From Octopus sinensis (taxonomy: Eukaryota), in assembly GCF_006345805.1 (NCBI RefSeq), contig NC_043020.1:28706001-28770000 (forward strand): a stretch of DNA of 64,000 nucleotides, read 5' to 3'. Of this stretch, positions 1 to 13,461 are shown one piece after another; position 1 is the first letter of the stretch, and each line of letters begins with the position of its first letter. Under the pieces are notes generated by a model, which was given only the letters and a program-made list of their open reading frames with translations, did not search any database and was not told the origin of the DNA. The translations under genes were made by a program, and so were the position numbers.

Positions 1-1213
1 GGCCCGGGGCTATAGCAGAAGACATTTGCCCAAGATGCCACGCAGTGGGACTGAACCCAGAACCATGTGGTTGGTTAGCAAGCTACTTACCACACAGCCA
101 CTCCTGAATAATAAAAACTATAATCTATTTGAATATAAATCATATACTGCATCCTCCCATATAAGTTTTCATACCTATAAAAATTCACATTAGTAAATTC
201 AATAGCAAAATATGAAGAAACAACCTTAGAAATCTTTGGAAATTAAAGGATGAAGTTACATTCATCCATTAAAAAGTATATATAATATATAAAGTTCATC
301 ATTCATCATCATCATCGTTTAACATCCGTTTTCCATGCTAGCATGGGTTGGACGGTTCGACGGGGGTCTGGGAAGCCAGGAGGCTGCGCCAGGCTCCAGT
401 CTGATCTGGCAGTGTTTCTACAGCTGGATGCCCTTCCTATATATATGTATATATATATATATATATTACCATCATCATCATTTACTACTGTGCACCTTCC
501 CATGCTTGAATGGGTCAAATGGAATTTGTTGAGACAGACTTTCAAAGGCTGGATGCCCTTCCTGTTGCCAATCCTTATCAGCTTCTAAGCAAGATAATAT
601 TTCCCCATAGCTAGACACATTTTCCACAGATGATTGGAAGTAAACAACCCCGCTTGTCTGACAGTGATGTTTGTTTACAACCATGATGTGATATCTAGAG
701 CTTCTTTCAGTTTCCATCCACCCACTAAGTGGTTTGGCAAAAGAGACTGATAGGATAAGTATCAGACTTAAACAATAACCATCTGGGTTTAATTTGTTTG
801 ACTAAGCCATTGAAGGTGATGACTCACAGGGCCGCCATCCAATGATTGAGGCAAGTAAAAGATAAAAGAATTTCAATCAGTTTCGATGACAAGAATTTGC
901 TTGTTTAATCAACTGGGTTTTGTTTTTTTTGTGTTTTTGTTTTTAATTAGCATGTAAATGGTAGAGTATTCCACAGACTCTTGTACCCTTAAATTACAAC
1001 CCACCCAACAAGTTTCCAGTTTTCCCCAACACAACTTCACTGACAAAACTTCAGTGGACCCAAGGCAATGGTAAAAGCAGTAGTGTAGCAAGAGGAGGGA
1101 TCAGTCCACCCAGACGATGCTTTTACAGGGGTTGGCACCTTTGTGTCTGCTGTATAAGCTTGTATAAGTTTGGGGTTCCCAGTGGGGACAGCAAACTCAA
1201 GAGCTGCCACTGG

Positions 1214-1586
1214 TTAACCCTTTAGCATTTAAACCAGCAATAGATCCGGCCCAAATGTTCTACCTGTTTTATGTTCAAATGAGCCGGATCTGGCCTCTCA
1301 CACCTATCCTACAATGTCATTCTAAAGATATACAGTGAAGATGCCGAAGACCACTCGGTTCAAAGTCTCTCTTGACCAGAAATGGCCTGAACTCTTTGCA
1401 TGAACACCACCCTGTACATAACTCCATGTCCCCCTACATGGCCTTGCTTTTTGCTTTTTGAGCTAAAAAATTAACTTAACTTAACATCATTGAAATCTCA
1501 AAGCTACAAGACTGTGTGATTAATTCCTAAAAGAGGGAATAAATCCGTGTTACATCAGAGGAAGTAATCTGAATGCTGAAGAGTTA
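1214..1586. mobile_element. Second piggyBac-type MITE family, interrupted by a CR1 tail
   Basis: TTAACCCTTTAGCATT...AATGCTGAAGAGTTAA. Other copies at ~6310-6995, ~17185-17405 and split at 40282-40314/43013-43189. Confidence 0.7.
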
Positions 1587-2290
1587 AAAGAAACTTGCCT
1601 AAGATGCTACACAGTGGGATTGAAACTGGGATCTTGCGGTTGAGAAGCGAACGTCTTAACCATTCATCCACGGTGCACTCACCCATGCAAATTAACAACA
1701 GATATTATCAGAGAAATTCATTACAGAAAAATGTTTTATTAACTTAAAAAGATGAAATTGAAAATAAGTTAAACAATTGAAACTTTGTCTTTTTGCTTTG
1801 TTTTTTGTTTTTTATTCGTGAGACTATTTCACAACTGAATAACAGATTGTCAACCGGGGGCCAGCAAATGGTGGCGGCCCCCAGTGATAATGCATTGTGG
1901 GATATGAAATCTGTTCTGAGTATCCCTCCAGAACAGCTGTTGATAATAGCAACCAATGAGACAGTTATTTACTGAAGGTAGAGGTGATGAGAGAGAGAGA
2001 GATAAATAGACAGGTAGCCAGATGACATAGAGACAGGTAGGAAGATAGAGAGATAGATTGATGATAAATAGATAGGTAGATAGAGAGAGGGAGAGAGAGA
2101 GATTGGAAGAAACTAAATGATATGAAACAGCAATGGAAATAAGGAATAACAAATAAACAAACATAAAAAATAAATTGCTTTTCAAAATTCTATTTGAATA
2201 AAGTGGAAAGTGAAAGTCATCCAGTGTTTTAAGGCCAGTCATGTGTGTGTGGATGTGACAACAGCAGTGGGACATGACAACAAAGGATGG

Positions 2291-2338
2291 TTAGTTATCA
2301 ACAGACTGTTCTGTCAAATTTGGTTCATATTGTTGAAG
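2291..2338 (-). CDS. MYCBP: MYCBP last coding exon ([15 protein letters not shown])
   Basis: ttatatttgcag| phase 0; matches human LAQYEP; TAA at 2291-2293. Confidence 0.9.
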   Translation of the reverse strand, partial: LQQYEPNLTEQSVDN

Positions 2339-5300
2339 CTGCAAATATAACACAAATATAAGAAAAGACATTGATTCATTGAACCCATTATACATGTCAA
2401 TATTGCAACAAATTTAAAAACTACATCAGTTCCTTTCATCTCACTTTACCCCCATCTCATCACCCTGCTTAGAATCATTTGCGGGGTCACTCCGAAAAGC
2501 TCTATCTGCGACGATTTCATCTCAATCGAAGGAGAGGGGCTTTCTCCGTCTGGGTTGCGGATCCGTGGAATAAGCTGCCGGACGTGATGGTGAAGATGCC
2601 GACGACTGCTCGGTTCAAAGTCTCCCTTGACCACAAGTGGCCTGAACTCTTTACATGAACACCACTCTGTACATAACTCCATGTCCCCCTACATGTCCTT
2701 GTTTTTTGCTTTTTGAGCCAAAATTAACTAACTAACTAAACCAGCTTCTTCCTATTCTCCTTTAGTTAGAGAGATCCCTTAAGGTCCTTAGTCTTACAAG
2801 TTACAAGGACCCTCTCTTTAGTGTTGGTGCAATGAGAAAAAAAAGAAGCAGCCAGTAACTGGCATAAGGAAGAGCATCCAGCCATAGAAACCCTACCAAA
2901 GCAGACATTGGGGCATAATGCAGTGCTCTGGTTCATGAGAACCTGTTGAGCCATCCAACCCATGCTGGTACAGAAGACTAATGTTAAATGATGACTGACA
3001 ATTGTTTAATGATGATGATCTCAGCTGGAGATGTAACTAAAACCAGCAGCTAGATAATATTTATGTAGATGAAGGCAGCGAGCTGGCAGAAACCTTAGCA
3101 TACTGGGGGGAAATGCTTAGAGGTATTTCGTCTGTCTTCACGTTCTGAGTTCAAATTCTGCAAAGGTCAACTTTGCCTTTCATCCTTTCAAGATCGATAA
3201 ACTAAGTACCAGTTGCATACTGGGGTCAATCTAATCAATTGCCCTCCTCCCCCAAAATGTCAAGCCTTGTGCTTAGAATAGAAAAGAATATTTATGTAAC
3301 TGAAACCAACTGAGATCAAAATGATGTGTGGAGCAGATTTCCTATAGAGAGAAATTTGCTGCATAAACAGAGAAAGGGGAAAGAGAAACATTAAAATGCC
3401 CAGCATTAAATAAGTCAGCAAGGCCAGATACATGGTGCCAAAACAGCTATACCAAAACATCTCATGCCCTTGATACATACATTCTTCATTAAAAGAATCC
3501 CTTTTTCTCTCTGGCTCTTTGTTATATTGCCTTATCATGTCCCTGTTGTTACTACTTTTATAACTGACCTTACTTCAAAACCTGCATCTTCTTTATCCAA
3601 ATGGCTACATTTGTCTTTGTCTCTCAACCGGTTTCAACTGAGATACTAATGCTGATTTTCATTAATTGCAAGTTTTTTCGACTCTGAAGAGTTTCTTACA
3701 CTCGTATGTTTTGATTGACTTCCTACAGTTTTGGTTAAATATACAGAGCAGACTTCTATTAGAATAAGTATTCCACATCTGTATGCGTTGCAACAGAAAA
3801 CCAAATGGATTGGTGACAGGAGGAGGGGGCATCTGGCCATAAAGGTCTACCTCAGAAAAATCTTCCAACCTGTGTCAGCACAGTGAAAGACATGGCCTAG
3901 TGGTTAAGGTGCAGCACTCATGATTGTAAGATTGCAGTTTCAATTCCTAGATTGGGTGGTGTGCTGTGTTCTTGAGCAAAACACTTCATTTCACGTAGCC
4001 CAGTCCACTCAGCTGTAAAGAAGTGACCCTGCAATGGACTGGCATTGCATTCAAGTGAAATGTTGCAATCTTGGTCATTTATATACCATGGGAACCAGGT
4101 AAGCTGCCCTATGAGACCCAGGACTTGAGACTAATGTCCAGAGGCTGATGACGACAATATGTCAGCATGGAAGAGCAGACATAGGACAGTGATGCTGACC
4201 GTTCCACTTTTATCCATGAAAGACCTCAAAGTTAGCATGAATGCATTTACAGCCACCCTGTGTCATAAATCTATTTGGAAGTAGCTAAAAAACAACATCA
4301 CACATTAGAGGCACCTGTGCTGGTGACACGTAAAAGGCACCCGTGCTAGGGACATGTAAAAGGCACCCGTGCTAGGGACACGTAAAAGGGACCCACTATA
4401 CTCTTGGAGAAGTTGGTGTTAGGAAGGATATCCAGCCAAAGAAATGAAGCCAAATCAGATTGGAGTCTGGTACAGCTCTCCGGCTTACCATTTCCAGCCA
4501 AACCGTCAAATCCATGCCAGCCTGGAAAGCACGACACTAAATGATGATGATGATGATGATGATGGTGATGAATCTTACCTTGCTTTTGAGGTCTGAATTC
4601 TCCTCTTGAAGTTGTTCCACTTTCTCCTGTAATTCTATGACCTCCAACTTCAAGGCGTCTACATCTGCCGTTTCAGGACCAGAAACACCAAGATGCTGTT
4701 TCAAAAATCTGGTTAGGGTTCACTTAAGGGTCAACACGATTTAACATCACAAAGGAATATTTACTGGGATCTTAGACAGATTTAAGTGCGTGCATGTGTG
4801 TGTGTGTGTGTGTGTGAGCGCTTTCAATCCTTTCTGGAATCTAAGACAGATTTAAGTGCGTGTGGGTGAATAAGCTTGTATGGGCATGGCTGTGTGGTTA
4901 GGGAGCTTGCTTCCCAACTACATGGTTTTGGGTTCAGTCCCACTGCGTGGCACTTTGAGTAGGTGTCTTCCACTATAGCCCCGAGCAGACCGGAGCTTTG
5001 TGATTGAATTCGGTAGGTGGAAGTTACTGCCGTGTGTGTATGTGTGCGTATAGCTGCTCAGTGCCTCTCCGAAAGAGAGAGAGAGAGAGGGGAATGTGTG
5101 TGGAGTGTGTGTGAGTGTGTGGAGTGTGTGTGTGTTTCTTTCAAACTTTTTTCTCTTCCTCTCACTGAAATACTGAGAGAGAGAGAGAGAGAGAAAGAGA
5201 GAGGAAGAACAGTGCAAAACAGAGGGAGTGAGAAACATACTGAAAAAGGAAGGGGTGGAGTGGCAGTGATGGAGGTCATGAATCATTGACATAAATCTCA

Positions 5301-8300
5301 ATAGGACAGAGTGGTTAAAAGTCCAGGGAACTACCACGGCAAAAAAAAAAATATATAATAAATGAATTCCTCTCTCTTCAAGGGACCAAAGTGTGATGTT
5401 GTGATGTTGCATGGCACTGAAACCAACATTGAATGCGGAAGATGTATAAAGACTGGGGAGGGGAGAGAAAAGGGTCCAGCTGGATGTGGAATGTTGGTGT
5501 TCATGAATGAGAGAACGCAGATAAACGGAATGAAAGATTAAGCAACGGAGGAACTGCACAAAAATGGATGCACATGGAGGATGACATTTGCATGAGAAAA
5601 TGTCAAATGATAACGTGGCCGTAGCCAGCACCGCATCGACTGGCCTCCGTGCTGGTGGCACATAACAAACACCATCTGATCGTGGCCGTGCCAGCCTCGC
5701 CTGGCCTCCGTGCTGGTGGCACGTAAAAAGCACCATCCGATTGTGGCCGTTTGCCAGCCTCATCTGGCACCTTTGTCGGTGGCACATAAAAAGCACCCAC
5801 TACACTCAGAGTGGTTGGCGTTAGGAAGGGCATCCAGCTGTAGAAACACTGCCAGATCAGACTGGGCCTGGTGCAGCCTTCGGGCTTCCCAGACCCCAGT
5901 TAAATCGTCCAACCCATGCTAGCATGGAAAGCGGACGTTAAACCATGATGATGATGATGATGGAAGCAGGCTGAAGAAGATATGGGTAGATGTAGCGAAG
6001 TTTGATCTCAGGATGCTGAGCTTCACAAAAGAGATGATGATGATGGATCATGAGAAATAGGGAGAAGCTGTGTTGGAAGAGATTTGCACAACCCCTTCCA
6101 GGATGCGCTGCTGCCACCACCACCACCATCGCATGGAACAATGGATGGAATCTTAGAACTTACCAGTGATTGAGAAAGAAATGGCAAAAGGATACTCTAA
6201 AGCATTGTTTGGTTTGTCAGGTTCTTCATAAAGTCCAACTAGAACTGAAAGAAAATACACAACAGAAACTGGTTAATTTGAAGGATTAGAGAGAAAGCAA
6301 GCAATCTCACCACTCAGCATTCAGGTTACTCTCAGAAATCCAATATTTATTCACATTGTTTGGAATAAATCATACATTATCTAGGTTATAGATTATCATC
6401 TATGCTGAAGGCAGTGAGCTGGCAGAATCGTTAGCACACTGGGCGAAATGCTTAGTGGTACTTCGGCTGCCACTACGTTCTGAGTTCAAATTCCACCGAG
6501 GTCGACTTTGCCTTTCATCCTTTCGGGGTCGATAAATTAAGTACCAGTTATGCATTGGGGTCGATGTAATCGACTTAATCCCTTTGTCTGTCCTTGTTTG
6601 TCCCCTCTATGTTTAGCCCCTTGTGGGCAATAAAGAAATAAGAAACGTTAGCATGCCAAGCAAAATGCTTAGCGGTATTTCGTCTGTCTTTACGGTCTGA
6701 GTTCAAATTCCGCCAAGGTTGACTTTGCCCTTCATCCTTTCCGGGTCAATGAATTAAGTACCAGTTGCGTACTGGGGTTGATCTAATCGCCTGGCCCGCT
6801 CCCCCAAAATTTCAGGCCTTTTGCTTAGAGTAGAAAAGATAATTTATGTTACAGCTTCGAGATTCTAATAAGGTGAATGTCTATTTTTAAAATGACATTG
6901 TAGAGCAGGTGTGAGAGGTGGGATCTGGCTGGTTTGAATATAAAATAGGCAGAACATTTGAACCAGAGGAGGCTGGTTTAAATGCCGAATGGTTGTCATT
7001 CTGTATTTTAAGCTGGAAAGATTCAAGATGATGTCTTCTGGAAAGACTAACAGCAAATTAGAGACTTCCAACTACCATTTAGCTTGGTGTTCAGCTAATG
7101 AAGGACAAATACTCTTTACTCTTTTACTTGCTTCAGTCATGTGACTGTGGCCATGCTGGAGCACCACCTTTTAGTCGAGCAAATCGATCCTGGGACTTAT
7201 TCTTTGTAAGCCTAGTACTTATTCTATTGGTCTCTTTTGCTGAACCACTAAGTTATGGGGATGTAAACACACCAGCATCGGTTGTCAAGTGATGTTGGGG
7301 GGACAAACACAGACACACACATATATATATGTATATATATATACATATATACGACAGGCTTCTTTCAGTTTCCACCTACCAAATCCACTCGTAAGGCTTT
7401 GGTCGGCCCGAGGCTATAGTAGAAGACACTTGCCCAACGTGCCATGCAGGGGGACTGAACCCGGAACCATGCATTTGAGACGGAGTAACGTGATTGCTAA
7501 AGGGTTAAATCCGGGATCAGGTTCAACAGCAGTGAAGATTTAGGGTTTAATGGCAGCAGAACCAATCACATCAGAAAGTCCTTGGGGCTCAAAATTCTAT
7601 GCAACCCTACAAACGGTAAATTTTCAGGAACCTTATCAAACACTGAAAATCTCTTGTTTAGAAAGACTTAGATTTAAAGTGAAAGCGGAAATAGGAAGTT
7701 TTGGCAGTTATGCCTTTCTTGATTAAGTGGAGCTGTTAAATGCCATTCAGAAGAACAAACAAACAACCAGAAAGTTTTCACCAGAAAAGAATAAAACAAA
7801 AAAATAGAAAATAATAATAATAATAAAAAAAAACTCAGATAAAACATTTGAAGAAATTCATGAAATTCCTTTTAGTTTTGGCAAGGTTTTGCTATCATAA
7901 AAATCACTGGCCTTACCCTGTATATTGATTTCGATGCCAAAATGGTGAAGCTACAAGCTTTGTGAACACGAACCAGTAGCAACGTAACCAGAAAACCCAT
8001 ATACCTGCTGCTTCAAGGTTTGGTCGTTTATATATAGATTCACAGAGTGTTGTTAGTATAAACAACACTGGATATATTTAGATTCACCATTGTTCGAAGA
8101 AGAATGTCACTGAAGATTTCTAACTGAAAGAACATCACTGCAGATCTTGTTCTAAGTACCAGAATCATATCAAGAATGTCACAGCAGTTCTTGGGATTTA
8201 CACCTGTACTCTAACGAGATGCCTCAACATGTCCATTGCTGTGCGATGTATAATTCTAATAGATGTTTTAATTATTACAGAAATGGGATCTTTTCGGTTT

Positions 8301-11300
8301 GAACGGCAGTTTTTAACATAATTTCTAGGTAACTAAAAAATTTTAAACTTCGTATACTGGTAGAATGTGTTTATAAAACATCTTTTTCTCTTGGCTTTAT
8401 TGAGAAAATTCTATAGTTTGTAAGATATTTGCTGTTTTTTTTTCTTCAATTTCTGCAATTTCAACCAATCACTGACGTCTATTGATGTAAAAACATTCAG
8501 TGCCATATGAATATGTCCCTTGTTTAAGAAACAGATTGGGTTTATTTACATTTGTGAAAAAAAAAAAAGATACCATTCCCTCCACCCCTAACCCTAAAAC
8601 AGATTGAAATGCAATAGATTGATACTAGGGTCATAATTATGGGTGACAATTTCATATGACACCGCTAGAAAAAACTGCCGTTCAAACCGAAAAGATCCGA
8701 GAAATGCCTTTCCATACTTTATATTAAGGTGTTAGGGATATTGGTGAAACAGAATCAGAGTAGGATTTGAACCGGGAAACATTGACTTCGCTTCCTGACA
8801 CAAAAGGAAGACTTTTCCTCTGTTTGTGTTAGGAAACCATATTATGATACAACAACAACAACAAACATTTATGCCAGGAGTTAATCTTTTTTTTTTTGAC
8901 TTTGTGGTGCACTTTACATGGTTAAGAAGCTTGTTTGAAACCCTGTAGTTTCAGGTTCAATCCCACTGCATGGCACCTTGGACAAGTGTCTACTACTTTA
9001 GCCCTAAGCTAACCAATGTCTTGTGAGGGAATTTGGTAGAAGGAAACTGTGAGGAAGCCTACTGTGAGTGAGTGTGTATGCTTGACAACTAGTGTTGGGT
9101 TATGTCCCTACAACTTAGCAGTTCGGCAAAAGAAACTGATAGAATAAGTACCAGACTTAAAAATATGTAGTGGGGTGAATCTGACTAATCCCTTTAAAGC
9201 AGTGCCTTAGTATGGCTGCCGTCCAATGAACGGAACAAGCAAAAGATTAAATCTATGTTTTAAAGTAAAAAAAAAAATTGGACAACACACAGAAAACTAT
9301 TAACTTGTATAATTAATCACATTGATCATTGATGAATAACAAATTTATGTAAAAATAAAAAAAAGAAGGATTTATGAGATGCTGTGAATTTTCTAGGATT
9401 TGAACTTGAAATTATTGATTTAAGTTTTTTTAACACAAAAGAAAGAAGAGTGAGACACTAATAAAAACAACAACAACATACATAAACATTTATGCAAATA
9501 GTTTCTCAGTCTTTTTTTGGACTTTGTGGTGCAGTGGACATTAAATAAAGCATTTTTTGCCTGTGCATTTTTCTCATGGAAAGTCAAGCAAAAGTGTTTT
9601 AAAGTAAAAAAGAAAAAAAAAGCTATTGCTTAACTTGTATTATTAATTACATTGATGTGTAAGAAAATTATGAAAAAACAAGTTTTACAAGATGTTCAAG
9701 TATTAATATGGATTTTTCTAAAGCCAGTTTATAATGTGTTTTAAAAATTCATGCCACACCTAGATGCCACTTGCAACTCACGAGTGCAGAGTACGGGGCA
9801 TAGCTTGAGAAGCCCTGGTTGTAGCTTAAGTTTGACAATAATAAAGTTGTCGATGCTTTTAGATCGCAAACGGATGATAGGAACTTTGGAAAATATTTTA
9901 GTTTTATTTAATGGAAATTGTAGCTGTGATACCAGTGCTGGTGGCAGGTAAGAGAACCATCCGAACGTGGCTATTGCCAGCGCTGCCCCGACTTGGCCTC
10001 CGTGCCGCCGGTGGCACGTAAAAAGCACCATCCGATTGTGGCCGTTTGCCAGCCTCATCTGGCACGTAAAAAGCACCCACTACACTCACGGAGTGGTTGG
10101 CGTTAGGAAGGGCATCCAGCTGTAGAAACACTGCCAGATCGGACTGGGCCTGGTGCAGCCTTCTGGCTTCCCAGACCACAGTTGAACCGTCCAACCCATG
10201 CCAGCATGGAAAGCGGACACTAAACGATGATGATGATGATGTATTAAAATTTTGTAATTGCCCACTTAACCCATGGCCTCAACATATGAAATTTGTATTA
10301 TAGGAAATGCATAAGATCTTGAATTATGTAATCAAAGCCGTCATAGGATTCCAGTTAGCCATGAGTTTACATCAGCCCCAAGCAATGGCACACTTCATAT
10401 TCTTTTATGATATTTAATAATATAAAACAGTAAAAAAAAATGTATGAATGGATTGTGAGATATTTTTGGAGGAAAAAAGTAAATGAAATTATTCTCGTTA
10501 AAGAAATTTGTCACCTTTTGTGAGAGCATCCAAAACCCCAGCCTTTTCTAAATACTTTCGGAATTCTTCCCTTTTTGAGTCTGCTGGCTGAAAATAGAAA
10601 AAAAGGGATCTATCGTTATAAAAGAAGAAAAAAAAGGCAAGAAGATAAAGAATAAGGGAGAAGCTGTGGATATTAATATAGGTACAAGAGTGGCTGTGTG
10701 GTTAAGAAGTCTGTTTTGCAATCACATGGTTCTGGGTTCAGTCCTTACTGTGTGGAACCTTGGGCAAGTGTCTTCTACTTTAACCCCGAGTCAATCAAAG
10801 CCTTGTGAGTGAACCTGGTAGACAGAAACTGAAAGAAGCCTGATAGGTGTGTGTGTGTGTGTGTGAAAGAGAGAGAGAGAATTGGTGTCTCCTTGTCTTG
10901 GCATCGCATGATAGTGGTAAATGAGTGTCACTGTCATACAAGCAGTGTCGTTCCTTTCCAACTTCCTGTGGAAAACACGTTTGGCCAAAGGGAGATATTA
11001 CCTGACTTGGAAACAGGCAAGAGATAATGACAGGTAGGACATCCGGCCATAGAAAATTGCCCTAATAAATTCAGTCTGACCTATGCAAGCATGGAAGAAT
11101 AGACATTAAATCCATGAAGATGATGTGTGATGGCCATGATAATCATTCCTAAACTCTCCCTATCCATCCTCATCATTTAACGTCCGCTTTCCATGCTGGC
11201 ATGGGTTAGACATGGGTTTGACCAGAGCTAGCAAGCTACACCAGGCTCCAGTCTGATTCAGCATAGTTTCTTATTTCTTTATTGCCCACAAGGGGCTAAA

Positions 11301-12577
11301 CACAGAGGGAACAAACAAGGACAGACAAACGGATTAAGTCGATTACATTGACCTCAGTGCATAACTGGTACTTAATTTATCGACCCAGAAAGGATGAAAG
11401 GCAAAGTCGACCTCGATAGAATTTGAACTCGGAACGTAACGACAGACGAAATACCGCTAAGCATTTCACCTGGCGCGCTAACGTTTCTGCCAGCTCACCA
11501 CCTTATTCAGTATAATCTCTACAACTGGACATCCTTCCTAATGCCAACCACTTTACAGAGTGTGCTGTGTACTCTCATGTGGCACCACATGTGTGCTTTT
11601 TATGTGATGCCACACAGGCACTTTTAAGTGACACCGGTCTTAACACTCCTGCTGTGGATTAGGGGTTTTCTTGAGTCCCAACCAATATGCCTTCATAGCA
11701 TAATGCTATCCAATGTGTTCAGTTGGCACAAATTTTTGCCCCTGATTACCAGTCCATGGCAATACTTAAACTAGCCTAATTAAATATTAAATCTAAAACT
11801 TAATTAGTCCATCCAGCCAATCAATTCCTCTAAAAAGGCCCACTGCAGTTTCATTCAACTTAAAGTGCTTCCATTTGAACCGGATGACTCATGTTTGCTT
11901 TCGGTCTGTTCCCCTCCTTTCATCAGACTTGCTTAAACCAGTTTCACTCCTGCCTTTGTTTAACTCTCACCGTTTAGGTTAGTTCAATTACTTTACCTGT
12001 GTCATAATTACTCTTTAAATACTGTTTCACACCAACCTCAAGACAACATTTGGATTTATATTATTAATTTTATCTTTAACAAAAAAAAAAAAAAAAAAAA
12101 AAAAAAAACTTGTCACACCTCAACTTTCAAAAATGAAAGGAGAACATCTCTGGCAACTGAATAAATTTCTTTCACCAAATTCTATACAACTGGTTCTTAG
12201 GCTTTGGCTTTTTAATAGGTCAACAAACTGAATCGCAAACCTTCTTCATGGTTAGAATATGTTAGCTTGCTTACACGAGTCAGACTGCTATTTTTACTGG
12301 CAAATAAGATGGGACGATACCTGAAGATATCTAAAAACCAAGAACCTAGAACAATGAGACAAGCACCATCCAAATGTGGCCAATGCCAGTGCCGCTTGAC
12401 TGGCACATAAAAAGCACCCATTACACTCTCAGAGTGGCTGGCGCTAGGAAGGGCATCCAGCGGTAGAAACATTGCCAAAACAGAGTAGCCTTGGGTAGAT
12501 TTTCTACCAGGTTGGCTCCTGTCAACTCTCCTACCCATGCAACCATGGAAGATGGATGCTAAACGATGATGATGAGG

Positions 12578-12662
<85 letters not shown>

Positions 12663-13370
12663 ATGAGAGAAATACCGAAACACTAAAATGCCTGACATTA
12701 AATACGTTAGCATCAATTCAGTGATGCCAAACCGTCTGTGCAAAAAAACATCTTATACCTCAAATGGAATGCTGTTTGTGAATGGGTCTGTCCCATCAGA
12801 ATAGGGTTATCAGTGTTATGGTTGCAATCCTCTCCTTCCACACTGACTATTGGCAAGTAGTTTCCCTTCATCTTGTTATCTATTCATAGTTTGGTTGATT
12901 GTCATACAGTGTCTCTTCTTATTTCTCGTTTATTTCTTCGTTTGTGTCTCAACATTTTCTTCACAGTTTTACTTTCGTTTTTCTCCTTGTCACGACTAAC
13001 CTCTAATTACTTGCTTGCCTACCTGCCAAGTAGGAGCTTCATCTTCCTAATTCTATAACTGAATGCATCCAGCATCTGCGTTCTGTACGTAGTTCCACTT
13101 TACTGAGCACAACAGCATTCGTCACATACCCAAAGTTACCTGGGTAGCATTTCAATTATCACAACCCTCTCTCGTGATTATTTTCTGTTCTGCTCTGCTC
13201 TATTTTCATAAGCATGGCTGAGTGGTTAAGAAGCTCACTTCTCAATCATATGGTTCTGGGTTCAGTCCCACTGCATGGTACCTTTTGGCAAGTGCCTTCT
13301 ACTGTGGCCCAAGGTCAGCTAATGCCTTGTGAGTGTATTTGGAAGAATGAAATTGTGTGGAAGCCTATCA

Positions 13371-13461
<91 letters not shown>

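Noticed and set aside
4918-5796. 292-aa ORF on the minus strand
   Set aside because: Chance read-through of an RTE tail, microsatellites and a SINE inside MYCBP intron 3.
8585-8598. CCCTAA repeats suggesting interstitial telomere
   Set aside because: Only two units, internal to the MITE and present in its other copy.
11893-11932. CTGATGA...CGAAA on the minus strand
   Set aside because: No stem I, II or III pairing; chance match.
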